Source of the DNA: an uncultured Christensenellaceae bacterium
GTDB lineage: Bacteria; Bacillota; Clostridia; Christensenellales; CAG-1252
Assembly (NCBI GenBank): GCA_964619685.1
Contig: CAZUET010000002.1
Span: 1 to 47,957, forward strand
Reading direction: 5' to 3'
Length of the DNA stretch: 47,957 bases
Within the stretch, counting starts at the first letter, position 1. Every line of letters begins with the position of its first letter. Both the position numbers and the translations under genes were made by a program. Shown piece after piece: positions 1 through 8,879 of this stretch. Below the pieces are notes generated by a model. It had not been told where the DNA came from. It ran no database searches and worked only from the letters and a program-made list of their open reading frames with translations.

Positions 1-14
1 GAATATTATAGTAT

Positions 15-1274
15 ATGAAATATTTCGGAACAGACGGTATTAGAAAACTATTTTCAGAAGAATTATTAAGCATTGCGACAAAGGTAGGATATGCTCTATC
101 AAGGCTCGCCTATCATATCCTTATTGCAGAGGATACAAGACAAACAAGTCCTACCCTTCGTAATGCCGTCGTAACAGGCGCAATTCACGGTGGCGCAACG
201 GTTACATTTGCGGGAATAATGCCTACTCCTGCTTTATCTCAAGCAGTAAGACTCGGTCAATACGGCTTAGGCGTCATGATCACGGCATCTCACAACCCAA
301 AGGAATATAACGGAATAAAAATCTTCGATAATAACGGTTTCAAGATAGGAGATAAAACAATACTCGAAATAGAAACTCTTTTAGAAAATGCTCCGGAAAT
401 TAAAGGCTCGATAATGCCCCCTCAGTCTAATGTAGAAAGAACTGCATATATTGATGTGTTAAACAAAAAACTCGATCCCCAAAAGACCTTATCGGTGCTT
501 TTGGATTGTGCTAACGGTGCGACTATGACAACAGCACCATACGTATTTCACCATCCAAAAATAAAAATACATATCATTGGTACGGAAGGAGATATAAATA
601 ACGGTTGCGGTGTATTCTTCCTAAATGAAGCAAAGAAAAGAAAAATCGAAAAAGGTGCAGATCTTGCTTTTATTTTTGACGGTGACGGCGATAGGATAAT
701 GTGTATCGATGAGGAAAATGAGATTCTCGACGGTGACATTATTCTTTATATACTCGCAAAAGACTATATGAATAAAGGAGAATTGACAAACGGCTTGGTT
801 GCAGGTACACTGTTTTCTTCAATGGCACTTGAAAACAGCCTTAAGGAAATAGGGATAAAACTGATAAGAAGTCAAGTCGGTGACCGCTTCTTAGTAGACG
901 AGATGACAAACAACGGTATTCGATTAGGCTCAGAGCCCTCGGGACATATTGTGATAGATTCTAATACAGGCGACGGCGTCAAAACTGCCGTTGCTTTGAC
1001 TAATCTATCATCTTCAATTCCTCTATCGGTTAGAAAAAGAGGATTTAAACACACCTATATATCCGAAACAAGTTTACCCTTTAGTGACAAAGCTTGGGAA
1101 TATGTAAAAAGCGAATCCGAATCGTTTATGCAAGATAATAACACAACTAATCGTTTGTTAGTTAGACGCTCGGGAACCGAACCCGTAATACGCATATTGA
1201 TAGAAACCGAATCTAAGGCTTTAAATGATACCATATTTGAAAAATTTCAAAAACTATCGTTCGATATTCTTTAA
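15..1274 (+). CDS. glmM: phosphoglucosamine mutase (alpha-D-phosphohexomutase family)
   Basis: 419-aa ORF. It has the N-terminal MKYFGTDGIR, the phosphoserine loop TASHNPKEYNGIK, the Mg site FDGDGDR, the sugar loop GSEPSGH and the phosphate loop RRSGTEPVIRI, all in canonical order. Confidence 0.85.
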   Translation: MKYFGTDGIRKLFSEELLSIATKVGYALSRLAYHILIAEDTRQTSPTLRNAVVTGAIHGGATVTFAGIMPTPALSQAVRLGQYGLGVMITASHNPKEYNGIKIFDNNGFKIGDKTILEIETLLENAPEIKGSIMPPQSNVERTAYIDVLNKKLDPQKTLSVLLDCANGATMTTAPYVFHHPKIKIHIIGTEGDINNGCGVFFLNEAKKRKIEKGADLAFIFDGDGDRIMCIDEENEILDGDIILYILAKDYMNKGELTNGLVAGTLFSSMALENSLKEIGIKLIRSQVGDRFLVDEMTNNGIRLGSEPSGHIVIDSNTGDGVKTAVALTNLSSSIPLSVRKRGFKHTYISETSLPFSDKAWEYVKSESESFMQDNNTTNRLLVRRSGTEPVIRILIETESKALNDTIFEKFQKLSFDIL

Positions 1275-1340
1275 TTTTTTAAGGTTTTTTCAACATTTAA
1301 AAAATTAACAAAATTTTGTATAGAGAGTGTATCAAATTTG

Positions 1341-1369
1341 TTGACTTTTTTTTAAAAAAAATATATCAT
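1341..1369 (+). promoter_or_regulatory. candidate sigma-A promoter for the XRE/SDR genes
   Basis: TTGACT (1341-1346), 17-nt A/T spacer, TATCAT (1364-1369). It lies ~68 nt upstream of the ATG at 1437, and a GGAG Shine-Dalgarno precedes that start. Confidence 0.35.
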
Positions 1370-1436
1370 TGAGATGCTGTAATAAAAAAATAAACTATTA
1401 CGGTAAATTCAATAACAAACAATGGAGCGTTAAAAT

Positions 1437-1640
1437 ATGAAAATATTAGTTAAATCGTATCGTAAAAATCTCGGCATGACCAAGGTTGCTCTTTCTGCTA
1501 AAGTTGGCATTACAAGACAGTATCTTGCACAAATAGAAGAGGGCCACAGCATGCCTACAGTTCCCGTTCTTTATAGAATCGCTAAAGTGTTCGGTTGCAC
1601 TCTTGACGATCTTGTAGAAGAAACTGAAGAACAAGAATAG
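1437..1640 (+). CDS. XRE/Cro-C1 family helix-turn-helix transcriptional regulator
   Basis: 67-aa ORF with a typical HTH_3 core (LGMTKVALSAKVGITRQYLAQIEEG...PTVPVLYRIAKVFGCTLDDL) and a short acidic tail. Confidence 0.8.
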   Translation: MKILVKSYRKNLGMTKVALSAKVGITRQYLAQIEEGHSMPTVPVLYRIAKVFGCTLDDLVEETEEQE

Positions 1641-1692
1641 TTGAATGATGTCGACCGTTTTATCGGTTGACATTTTTCTTATTCCTCTAACA

Positions 1693-2433
1693 ATGAAGTA
1701 CATCGTTATCACCGGAGCATCAAAAGGAATAGGCAAGGCTCTTGCCCTTTCTTTTTTAAATCACGAAAAATGCGGACTGGCTCTAACCTATAACTCCGAT
1801 CCTATGGGCGTAACAGAGGTCGCTAATATACTCAGCGAGGCAGGTTTCTATGTTATTACCGTCAAGCTGGATATTTCTTCATATGATCAATGCGTATCCG
1901 CCTTCGATTATATCTATAAGTGTTTTCCGAGAATCGATGCACTAATCAATAATGCGGGAATCTCGTTAGTTAAGTCATTCTACGATACCACCGTAACGGA
2001 TTGGAATAGAATAATCGATGTCAATCTTAACGGTGCTTTTAATACCACTAAACAGGTTATCGACCGAATGAACGCTGATGGAGGCGTCATTTTTAACATC
2101 ACTTCGATGTGGGGAGAATTGGGCGCAAGCTGTGAGGTTGCTTATTCCGCATCAAAGGCTGCTCTTATCGGATTTACTAAGGCGTTGGCTAAAGAGTACG
2201 ATATCTCGGTCAAAGCTATCAGCGTTGGATTCTGTAATACGGAAATGAATTCGCATATGACCGACGATGATATCAAGACATTTTTAGAGGAAAATCCGTA
2301 TGTTGAGCTAAGGGAACCTCAATATGTCGGAGAAGCTATAAGAGATGCTCTCTTCGATGAATTCGATAAGGTATCCGGGGGTTACTACTTGAAAAACAAT
2401 AAGAATGAGGACGTTATTGTACGAATTTGGTAA
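1693..2433 (+). CDS. short-chain dehydrogenase/reductase (FabG-like SDR)
   Basis: Rossmann motif ITGASKGIGKA, NNAG, and the catalytic YSASKAA (YxxxK). I chose the start at ATG 1693 (MKYIVITG) rather than the ORF-track 1645, because the SDR fold begins there. Confidence 0.8.
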   Translation: MKYIVITGASKGIGKALALSFLNHEKCGLALTYNSDPMGVTEVANILSEAGFYVITVKLDISSYDQCVSAFDYIYKCFPRIDALINNAGISLVKSFYDTTVTDWNRIIDVNLNGAFNTTKQVIDRMNADGGVIFNITSMWGELGASCEVAYSASKAALIGFTKALAKEYDISVKAISVGFCNTEMNSHMTDDDIKTFLEENPYVELREPQYVGEAIRDALFDEFDKVSGGYYLKNNKNEDVIVRIW

Positions 2434-2557
2434 CAAATCCATTAAGTTATCTTTATTTTTTCAAGCTATTGGGTGAATTTGTTTTACTTTTGATCAATTT
2501 CGTTTTAAAATTATCATATAATTACCGATACCACCTATAGCTATGGAGGCATTTATT

Positions 2558-3589
2558 ATGATCATGCAACAGGAATTAACCTGCTGTCCTAAGGTTATCA
2601 AGGACGCATATCAAGCCAATATCGAATTGGTTAAAAAAATTGCGACCGCCGTTAACAATAGACAAATAAAAAATATAACTATTATTGGAAGAGGATCGAG
2701 CGATAATGCAGGTCTATGCTTTAAGTATATCACCGAGATCATCGCCGGCATCCCCGTCGGTAACGCTCACCCTTCTGTAACGACTATGTATGGTGCCGAG
2801 GTCAATTACGATAATCACCTCGTCATCGCTATTAGCCAAAGCGGAAGAAGTATCGATACTCTTGCAGTTTTAGATAATGCTAAAAAGCATAATGCGTTGA
2901 CCGTCGCTATCACTAATGACACTACTTCACCGCTTGCTAAAAAGGCAAAGTACCATTTGTATTTAAATGCAGGCGAAGAGGTTGCATTGGGCGCTACTAA
3001 GACTTTCTATGCAGAGCTTACCGTTTTGTATATGCTTGCTGCTGCCCTTTCGGGTAAAAAGGCATATCTTGAACAAATTCACGATATGCCAGAGAAGGTT
3101 CAGGAAATACTCGATTTGATACCTTCTATAAGACGCTTAGCTTATGCTTTAAAGGATAAGAATTCATTTATCGTTTTGAGCCGTGGTACTATGCAAGGCG
3201 TTGGTAAAGAACTGGCTTTGAAGTTTAATCAGCTTTGCTACTGCTTCTCTCAATTCTACTCCATTACCGACTTTATGCATGGTCCTATAGCTATGCTCGA
3301 CGAAGGGGTAAATGTCATACTGCTGGCTCCTTATGGCGAATGTGCGCAAAACTACCTTGACATTACTGCAAGAACTAATCTCGTAGGTGCTGATCTATAT
3401 GTGCTTAGCGATACAAGAGAAGTGCTTAATTATGCAGAGGAATCTGTCAAAATGCCCGAAGCAGATTTCATTACGGCTACTTTTACTTATTCGGTTGCAG
3501 TTCATCTATTAAGTATGTTCGTCGCTTCCGAAAAAGGTCTCGACCCCGATAATCCACGTAACTTGGAAAAAATTATTATTACAAAATAA
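2558..3589 (+). CDS. tandem SIS-domain sugar-phosphate isomerase/deaminase (GlmS isomerase-domain-like, AgaS/FrlB/NagB-II group); no glutaminase domain
   Basis: Two SIS domains are present: GRGSSDNA...ISQSGRSIDT, and LSRGTMQGVGKELALKF. There is no N-terminal Cys-glutaminase domain. GGAGG at 2546-2550 favours the ATG at 2558 over 2543. Confidence 0.7.
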   Translation: MIMQQELTCCPKVIKDAYQANIELVKKIATAVNNRQIKNITIIGRGSSDNAGLCFKYITEIIAGIPVGNAHPSVTTMYGAEVNYDNHLVIAISQSGRSIDTLAVLDNAKKHNALTVAITNDTTSPLAKKAKYHLYLNAGEEVALGATKTFYAELTVLYMLAAALSGKKAYLEQIHDMPEKVQEILDLIPSIRRLAYALKDKNSFIVLSRGTMQGVGKELALKFNQLCYCFSQFYSITDFMHGPIAMLDEGVNVILLAPYGECAQNYLDITARTNLVGADLYVLSDTREVLNYAEESVKMPEADFITATFTYSVAVHLLSMFVASEKGLDPDNPRNLEKIIITK

Positions 3590-3618
3590 ATTGTGCATTC
3601 TTGCACCTTGGAGGATAT

Positions 3619-4089
3619 ATGGCAAAACAAATCATTACCAGAGAAGGTTGGCAAAAAATTAATGATGAACTCGATCACCTCATTAAGGTTGAACGCCCTA
3701 AAATCGTACAAGCTATCGCTCTTGCTCGCGAACAAGGCGACTTAAGCGAAAATGCAGAGTATTCTGCAGCTAAAGAAACTCAGGGCATCATCGAAGGCAG
3801 AATCGCCGACTTACAACGCTTGATCGATAACTGCGAGATTTTGGACGACGAAAGTGTTACCAATGACAGAGTTTCTATCGGTTGTAAGGTCAAACTTTAT
3901 GACTTTGACCTTGACGAAGAAGTTTGCTATTCGCTCGTAAATACCGCAGAGGCAGACCTTGACGAAGGAAAAATCAGCTTAAAATCTAAGCTTGGCGAAG
4001 CTATGAACGGAAAGCGTATCGGTGATACATTTACAGTTCACGCTCCCTCGGGCAATTTCGAATATAAAATCTTAGCAATCGACAAATAA
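3619..4089 (+). CDS. greA: transcription elongation factor GreA
   Basis: MAKQIITREGWQKINDELDHL...GDLSENAEYSAAKE matches the GreA coiled-coil N-terminus, followed by a C-terminal FKBP-like domain. GGAGGA at 3610-3615 precedes the ATG at 3619. The ORF-track start at 3601 is a TTG. Confidence 0.9.
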   Translation: MAKQIITREGWQKINDELDHLIKVERPKIVQAIALAREQGDLSENAEYSAAKETQGIIEGRIADLQRLIDNCEILDDESVTNDRVSIGCKVKLYDFDLDEEVCYSLVNTAEADLDEGKISLKSKLGEAMNGKRIGDTFTVHAPSGNFEYKILAIDK

Positions 4090-4135
4090 TCAATATTAAC
4101 AATAATCCTAAGACTTCCCCTGTCTTAAAGAGATA

Positions 4136-4179
4136 AAAAGTCATCAGCAAACTATTTTGCGATGACTTTTTTTATTTTT
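4136..4179. terminator. bidirectional intrinsic terminator between convergent greA and dus
   Basis: 10-bp perfect stem AAAAGTCATC (4136-4145) / GATGACTTTT (4161-4170), 15-nt loop. A T-run follows on the plus strand, and a T-run also follows the stem when read on the minus strand. Confidence 0.75.
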
Positions 4180-4313
4180 CATTATATACACCATAAACAA
4201 ACCACCCGACAAATGGTGATTTTTAGCGTTCGAATAAAAGTTTATTAATAGTCAATGTTGTTAATTCAATGTATTAATCGGATCGATGATTGATAACTAT
4301 CAATTCGTGTATG

Positions 4314-5252
4314 TTAATCGTTGACGCAGAGGGATATACGCTTGGCTATGTCTAAAATGTCTTGCATGGTTTTGGCGGTGCCTACTGCAAAACGAATATC
4401 CCTTGCTCCCGGGTAGCCTTTAACATATCCCATAAGATGACATTTCATAAGTCCTACTATTGATTGTTCAGCGGTATTCTCTTCAAGAAGGGATATGTGT
4501 TTAAGAATATCGGCATATATATCAACATTCATATCGTTGCCTAGTATTTCTGCAAAAATGGACGGGTTGCCTATAGCTCCCCTTGCTATCATTACTCCGT
4601 CGCAACCTGTTTCCGCCATCATCAATCGTGCATCATCTGCGGACTTTATATCACCGTTACCAAACACAGGCACACTCACGGCTTCCTTTACCCTCTTTAT
4701 TACCCCTCTATCGGCAAAGCCTGTATACATTTGTTCCCTCGTTCTACCGTGAACGGTTATGGCGGAAGCTCCTGCCTTTTCCATTTGCACAGCAAACTCG
4801 GGGGCGGTTTCTTCTTCAAATCCGCTACGGTGCTTGACGGTTACAGTCTTACCCGAACCTTCTATACAGGCATGCACTATTTCTGCCGCTAATGACGGCG
4901 TTTTCATAAGCGCACTTCCCTCACCTCTCGAAACGACCTTACGCACAGGGCATCCCATATTGATATCAATTATATCAAAGGAACGTATTGCATCCAGCTT
5001 ACACGCATTATAAAAGGCTTCGGGATCGCTACCGAATAATTGAACCGCTGACGGGGTTTCGTTAGGGGCTAAGTGGAGTAACTCAAAAGTCCTTTTATTA
5101 CCGAAGCACAGCGCCTTAACGCTTATCATTTCGGTATATGTAAGTCCTGCTCCGTACTTACGTGCTAAATACCTAAATCCCGTGTCGCTTACACCTGCCA
5201 TAGGTGCTAAAAGTATATTCGAGCTTAGTTCAACCGAACCTATCTTAAACAT
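4314..5252 (-). CDS. dusB: tRNA-dihydrouridine synthase
   Basis: 312 aa. Dus-family TIM-barrel motifs LAPMAGVSDTGFR, IDINMGCP (catalytic Cys) and VHGRT. Its start overlaps the yabN stop by 8 nt. Confidence 0.85.
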   Translation of the reverse strand: MFKIGSVELSSNILLAPMAGVSDTGFRYLARKYGAGLTYTEMISVKALCFGNKRTFELLHLAPNETPSAVQLFGSDPEAFYNACKLDAIRSFDIIDINMGCPVRKVVSRGEGSALMKTPSLAAEIVHACIEGSGKTVTVKHRSGFEEETAPEFAVQMEKAGASAITVHGRTREQMYTGFADRGVIKRVKEAVSVPVFGNGDIKSADDARLMMAETGCDGVMIARGAIGNPSIFAEILGNDMNVDIYADILKHISLLEENTAEQSIVGLMKCHLMGYVKGYPGARDIRFAVGTAKTMQDILDIAKRISLCVND

Positions 5253-6621
5253 TTTTTACCTCATCATATAGGGCTATGACCTGCTCTCTTGTCATCGCCT
5301 TAAAATCAAGTCCTCTCTCAAGTGCTACTTTTTCCATTTTTTCAAAACGACCTATCATCTTACGAGTGGTTGTCATAAGCGATAATTCGGGATTAAGCCC
5401 AAAACTACGAATCAACCTGACCACTGCATACAAAATATCGCCTGCCTCTTCTTCAGTTTGATTGTCAAGGAATTCTCGAATCTCCTCATTGATATTATCA
5501 AGCCAATATTCGGTAGAGTCTTGAGTAAATCCCATTTTTTCGGATATTTTTTGTATTTTACCTGCTCGAGTCAATGCCGGAAGAGTCAATGCAACTTGCT
5601 CCATTCTATCGCTATAAGTCTTTTGGGATTTTTCCATAGCCTTAGCCTTTTCCCAAACCGCCAATGCTTCCTCCGGATTAGATGCCTTTTCACCTGCGAA
5701 TATATGTAGATGACGACCGACAAGCTTCTTACAAACGCCACTTATTACATCGTTAAGCGTGTATTCGCCGCTACGTTCGGCTATATTTGAATGGAATATC
5801 GCTTGTAGCAAAACATCACCTGATTCTTCTACCATCTTATCGATATCATCCATTTCTACCGCTTCTACAAGTTCATATGCCTCTTCTAAACAACAATCTC
5901 TAATGGTTTTATGGGTTTGAACCTTATCCCACGGACAACCGTCCGGGGCAACTAATGCATATACTATCTCGTATAAATCGGATATGGTGTAACGCTTACG
6001 ATCCAAAAATCCTTGGTGAGGCAAAATAACAAAGGTCGAATAATCGTACCTTTTTTCTCTATCTAAATCCACTACGTCAATTTCCTTTTGCTTGCCTGAC
6101 GATACCAATATACATTTTACTTCACCATACGAATCAAGCAATTTAAGTTTAAGCTCGGAAGCTAAATATTTATCGGCAATCTCCTTGATAACAAGGGTGG
6201 AATCGGATGCAACCATAAAATCACGGCTCACTATATCTGACGCATTCTTGACTTCGACCGAGCAATCGGGATAAATGCTTAATGCAAAAGACGAAATAGA
6301 TACGCCACCTATTATTTTAATCTCTGCCGTCTTGGATAACTCCACCACTATAGGATCATCTCCGCCTGCTCCGTCTACACAAAATACGCAATCCGTATTC
6401 GATAAAAGTTCCGCCTTGATACTCTCCTTTAATTCATCAAAATCGCCGGCACTTTCGTACAAATAATCGAATGCTACTATATCATCTCTCAATTCCATAA
6501 GGGCCTTACCTGCCTTAGTCAAGGCTGTGCGTACATATACCTTATTTGCACGCTTAACAATATCGAGTGCTCCTAATGTCAAATCGTTTTTGGTGTATCC
6601 TAATCCAACGACTGTAATCAT
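5245..6621 (-). CDS. yabN: YabN-type fusion: tetrapyrrole-methylase-like N-domain + MazG nucleoside triphosphate pyrophosphohydrolase
   Basis: 458 aa. The N-terminus is MITVVGLGYT..., and the C-terminal half has tandem MazG repeats (CPWDKVQTHKTIRDCCLEEAYELVEA and EEAGDILYAVV). It has an ATGA overlap with the upstream flippase gene. Its position after spoVT-yabM matches B. subtilis. Confidence 0.8.
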   Translation of the reverse strand: MITVVGLGYTKNDLTLGALDIVKRANKVYVRTALTKAGKALMELRDDIVAFDYLYESAGDFDELKESIKAELLSNTDCVFCVDGAGGDDPIVVELSKTAEIKIIGGVSISSFALSIYPDCSVEVKNASDIVSRDFMVASDSTLVIKEIADKYLASELKLKLLDSYGEVKCILVSSGKQKEIDVVDLDREKRYDYSTFVILPHQGFLDRKRYTISDLYEIVYALVAPDGCPWDKVQTHKTIRDCCLEEAYELVEAVEMDDIDKMVEESGDVLLQAIFHSNIAERSGEYTLNDVISGVCKKLVGRHLHIFAGEKASNPEEALAVWEKAKAMEKSQKTYSDRMEQVALTLPALTRAGKIQKISEKMGFTQDSTEYWLDNINEEIREFLDNQTEEEAGDILYAVVRLIRSFGLNPELSLMTTTRKMIGRFEKMEKVALERGLDFKAMTREQVIALYDEVKNV

Positions 6622-8141
6622 AATCCCTCCGATCGGTCGGCTTTTTTTATCGAATTATTGCCGAGCTTGTTTATTATCAGTAGTATTATAACATAAATTG
6701 CTCCACCAATCAACAATGAAAGGGCAAGCGATAGAATATTATTTGATATTTTTTTGTTTATCAAAAGCATTATTCCGCCCATTACAAGGGATGCAAACAG
6801 TATCGGTATACCGCTTTTGAATTCGGTTTTTCCGGTAAGCCTATATCCATACGCAATATCTAATCCAGCACATACGATATAGCAAGCTGTATTTGCAAGT
6901 ATTATCCCTTCTATTCCTAATCGAATACAGGTAAAATTTAATCCAAGCTTTATCACGCATGCTATAAGCATATTTTTTGCCGACACAACACCTTTGTCGA
7001 GTGCTTGAAGAAAGGACCCAAAAAGTTGAAGTACACTCAATATAGGAATCTGTACAACCGATATTTTGAGAAGAAAGACCGCTCTTGACTGTTCGGCTGT
7101 GCTGAATGCAGGATAGAGAAACGCTATCACCCTATTTGCCAATACAAACAACGCAACAGTACACGGCAATGCGACAATCAAAACTGCTTTCAGTGCCGTC
7201 ATTTCGCCCTTCTTTACACCTTTTATGTTTCGCTCTTTCTTCTGCCTTGCTACTACAGGTATCATTGTCACAGCAAACGATATTGCAAGACTTTGTGGCA
7301 CATTTATCAACGTGCCTACCGCTCCCGAAAAAATGCCATATTCGGTGATTGCTTCGGCTTCAGATAAACCATATAATGCCAGTAATCGTGTTACAAGTAT
7401 GCTGTCTGCAAAAAGTGCCAACGGAAATACAAGTCCACCTACTGTCAGCGGAATCGATGCCGATACAAAGGACGAAAACGGCACTCTTATGATACCTCTC
7501 ACCAATCGTCCACCCTTTACTAAAAATACTATCAATGCATATAAGCATGCTACTAACTCGGATAAGGATATTCCTAAAAGTGCAGTGTTTACCGCTTTAA
7601 TCCCCTCTAACCTTAATAGATAACATGCGACTATACCGGTCAGCTTGAATAACTGCTCAAAAAGTCCTGTTATTGCTGTGTGAATTGTGTTCAAGCACGA
7701 ATTGAACCACCCTCTAAACGCCGACAAAACCGATACAAATAATACCGCCGGTGCTATCATGTAGTAACCGCTCTCTACCTCTACATTTCCCTGTAATAGG
7801 CCTAAAAGCTTAGCTACAGCGATCAACCCTGCTCCAAATATTAATCCACTATATAACGAATAAAAAAATGCCTCGGTGAAAAAGCCTTTTTTTAGGAGGG
7901 AATCACCCAATGCATTGAGATTTCTCGATACTAAAACAGGAACCGCCGACGATACGATCGCTACAAGTAGTGCATAGACAGGGAATATCATTTGATATAC
8001 ACCCATTCCATTTGCACCAAGTAAATTTGTGAGCGGTATTCTATAAAATAGTCCTATCCCCTTTGCTATTACACCGAAAACGGTCAATATTATTCCACTC
8101 TTGATGAGCGTTCTTTTACTGTCCTTTCCCTTAGTATTCAA
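6618..8141 (-). CDS. MOP-superfamily polysaccharide/lipid-II flippase (YabM/SpoVB/MurJ-like)
   Basis: 507-aa polytopic membrane protein with roughly 14 hydrophobic segments. The N-terminus SGIILTVFGVIAKGIGLFYRIPLTNLLG is typical of the MurJ/SpoVB family. It sits in the yabM position of the spoVT locus. Confidence 0.75.
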   Translation of the reverse strand: MNTKGKDSKRTLIKSGIILTVFGVIAKGIGLFYRIPLTNLLGANGMGVYQMIFPVYALLVAIVSSAVPVLVSRNLNALGDSLLKKGFFTEAFFYSLYSGLIFGAGLIAVAKLLGLLQGNVEVESGYYMIAPAVLFVSVLSAFRGWFNSCLNTIHTAITGLFEQLFKLTGIVACYLLRLEGIKAVNTALLGISLSELVACLYALIVFLVKGGRLVRGIIRVPFSSFVSASIPLTVGGLVFPLALFADSILVTRLLALYGLSEAEAITEYGIFSGAVGTLINVPQSLAISFAVTMIPVVARQKKERNIKGVKKGEMTALKAVLIVALPCTVALFVLANRVIAFLYPAFSTAEQSRAVFLLKISVVQIPILSVLQLFGSFLQALDKGVVSAKNMLIACVIKLGLNFTCIRLGIEGIILANTACYIVCAGLDIAYGYRLTGKTEFKSGIPILFASLVMGGIMLLINKKISNNILSLALSLLIGGAIYVIILLIINKLGNNSIKKADRSEGL

Positions 8142-8655
8142 GTTGCTTTATAAAGAATCCGCTCAAAAGGTCAATACACTGTAAGTCGATATCAGTTAGC
8201 ACTCTTTGCATAGAAAAACAAGAAACACTACCGAAAATATCTCCGCCTACTACAAGTGGAATTATCGCAATAGATGTGTATTTTAAATTATCGTTAATAA
8301 TTATATCATCACCATTATCCCAAATGGTAGGACGCCTATTCTCAACTTCTTTGATATATCTATTAGTAAGTCGCTTATCGACCATCATTAAGTGCACTTT
8401 GTCCGCTACTAAAACTCGGTCGCAATCGGTAACTATCGCACCAACATCAAGCCGAGAGCGTAACAGCTCAACAATATCGTTAGCAGGCTCGTAAAGTCGC
8501 TCAAGTTCCGAGTGCTTTTTTAGTACAAGCTCGTCATTGTCGGTATATATTTCCAATTCCGAGCCATTTCTAAGGTTTAGCCTTCTCCTTATATCCTTTG
8601 GTATTATTATTCTGCCTAAATCATCAATTCTTCTAATCAATCCTGTCGATTTCAT
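8131..8655 (-). CDS. spoVT: stage V sporulation protein T (AbrB-type N-domain + GAF-like C-domain)
   Basis: MKSTGLIRRIDDLGRIIIPKDIRRRLNLRNGSELEIY is near-identical in pattern to the B. subtilis SpoVT N-terminus. The 174-aa length is right. Confidence 0.85.
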   Translation of the reverse strand: MKSTGLIRRIDDLGRIIIPKDIRRRLNLRNGSELEIYTDNDELVLKKHSELERLYEPANDIVELLRSRLDVGAIVTDCDRVLVADKVHLMMVDKRLTNRYIKEVENRRPTIWDNGDDIIINDNLKYTSIAIIPLVVGGDIFGSVSCFSMQRVLTDIDLQCIDLLSGFFIKQLEY

Positions 8656-8830
8656 ATGTACACATTCGTTTTATTAATATTATTTGCAAAACCAAAAAAA
8701 AATATCAACGTTTTTGAATGTGCTTATACAAATAGGTGATTTTTTATTATAAATGTATTATTTGTCAACCGTCATATTGATTTCGTCCTATCATACTAAG
8801 CTTCCTGTTACCATAGGCGTACCTCTTAGA

Positions 8831-8866
8831 AAAATAAAAAAAGGGACTGAACAGTCCCTTTTTTTA
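8831..8866 (-). terminator. intrinsic terminator after the 3987-aa gene
   Basis: AGGGAC (8842-8847) / GTCCCT (8854-8859) stem. It is flanked by an A-run and a T-run, so a U-tail follows on either strand. It lies 14 nt beyond the stop at 8880. Confidence 0.75.
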
Positions 8867-8879
8867 TTGTTTTAAATGA

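Noticed and set aside
1377-1403. 8-bp hairpin (CTGTAATA-N11-TATTACGG) in the leader of the XRE gene.
   Set aside because: Short A/U-rich stem with a G-U pair and no U-tail. It is too weak to call as an attenuator or operator.
2434-2557. Possible glmS ribozyme or other riboswitch upstream of the GlmS-like SIS gene.
   Set aside because: Only ~124 nt, very A/T-rich, with none of the GC-rich conserved core helices of the glmS ribozyme. It is more simply a promoter region (weak TTGATC-16-TATCAT at 2490-2517).
4289-4304. Palindrome ATTGATA-AC-TATCAAT just 3' of dus.
   Set aside because: It lies downstream of both convergent genes. The 2-nt centre cannot form a hairpin loop and no adjacent promoter exists for it to operate on. 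It is likely chance in A/T-rich DNA.
8656-8830. Sigma-G/F-type forespore promoter upstream of spoVT.
   Set aside because: It is expected from B. subtilis biology, but I could not find a convincing GnATA-17/18-CATnnTA match by eye, so no call is made.
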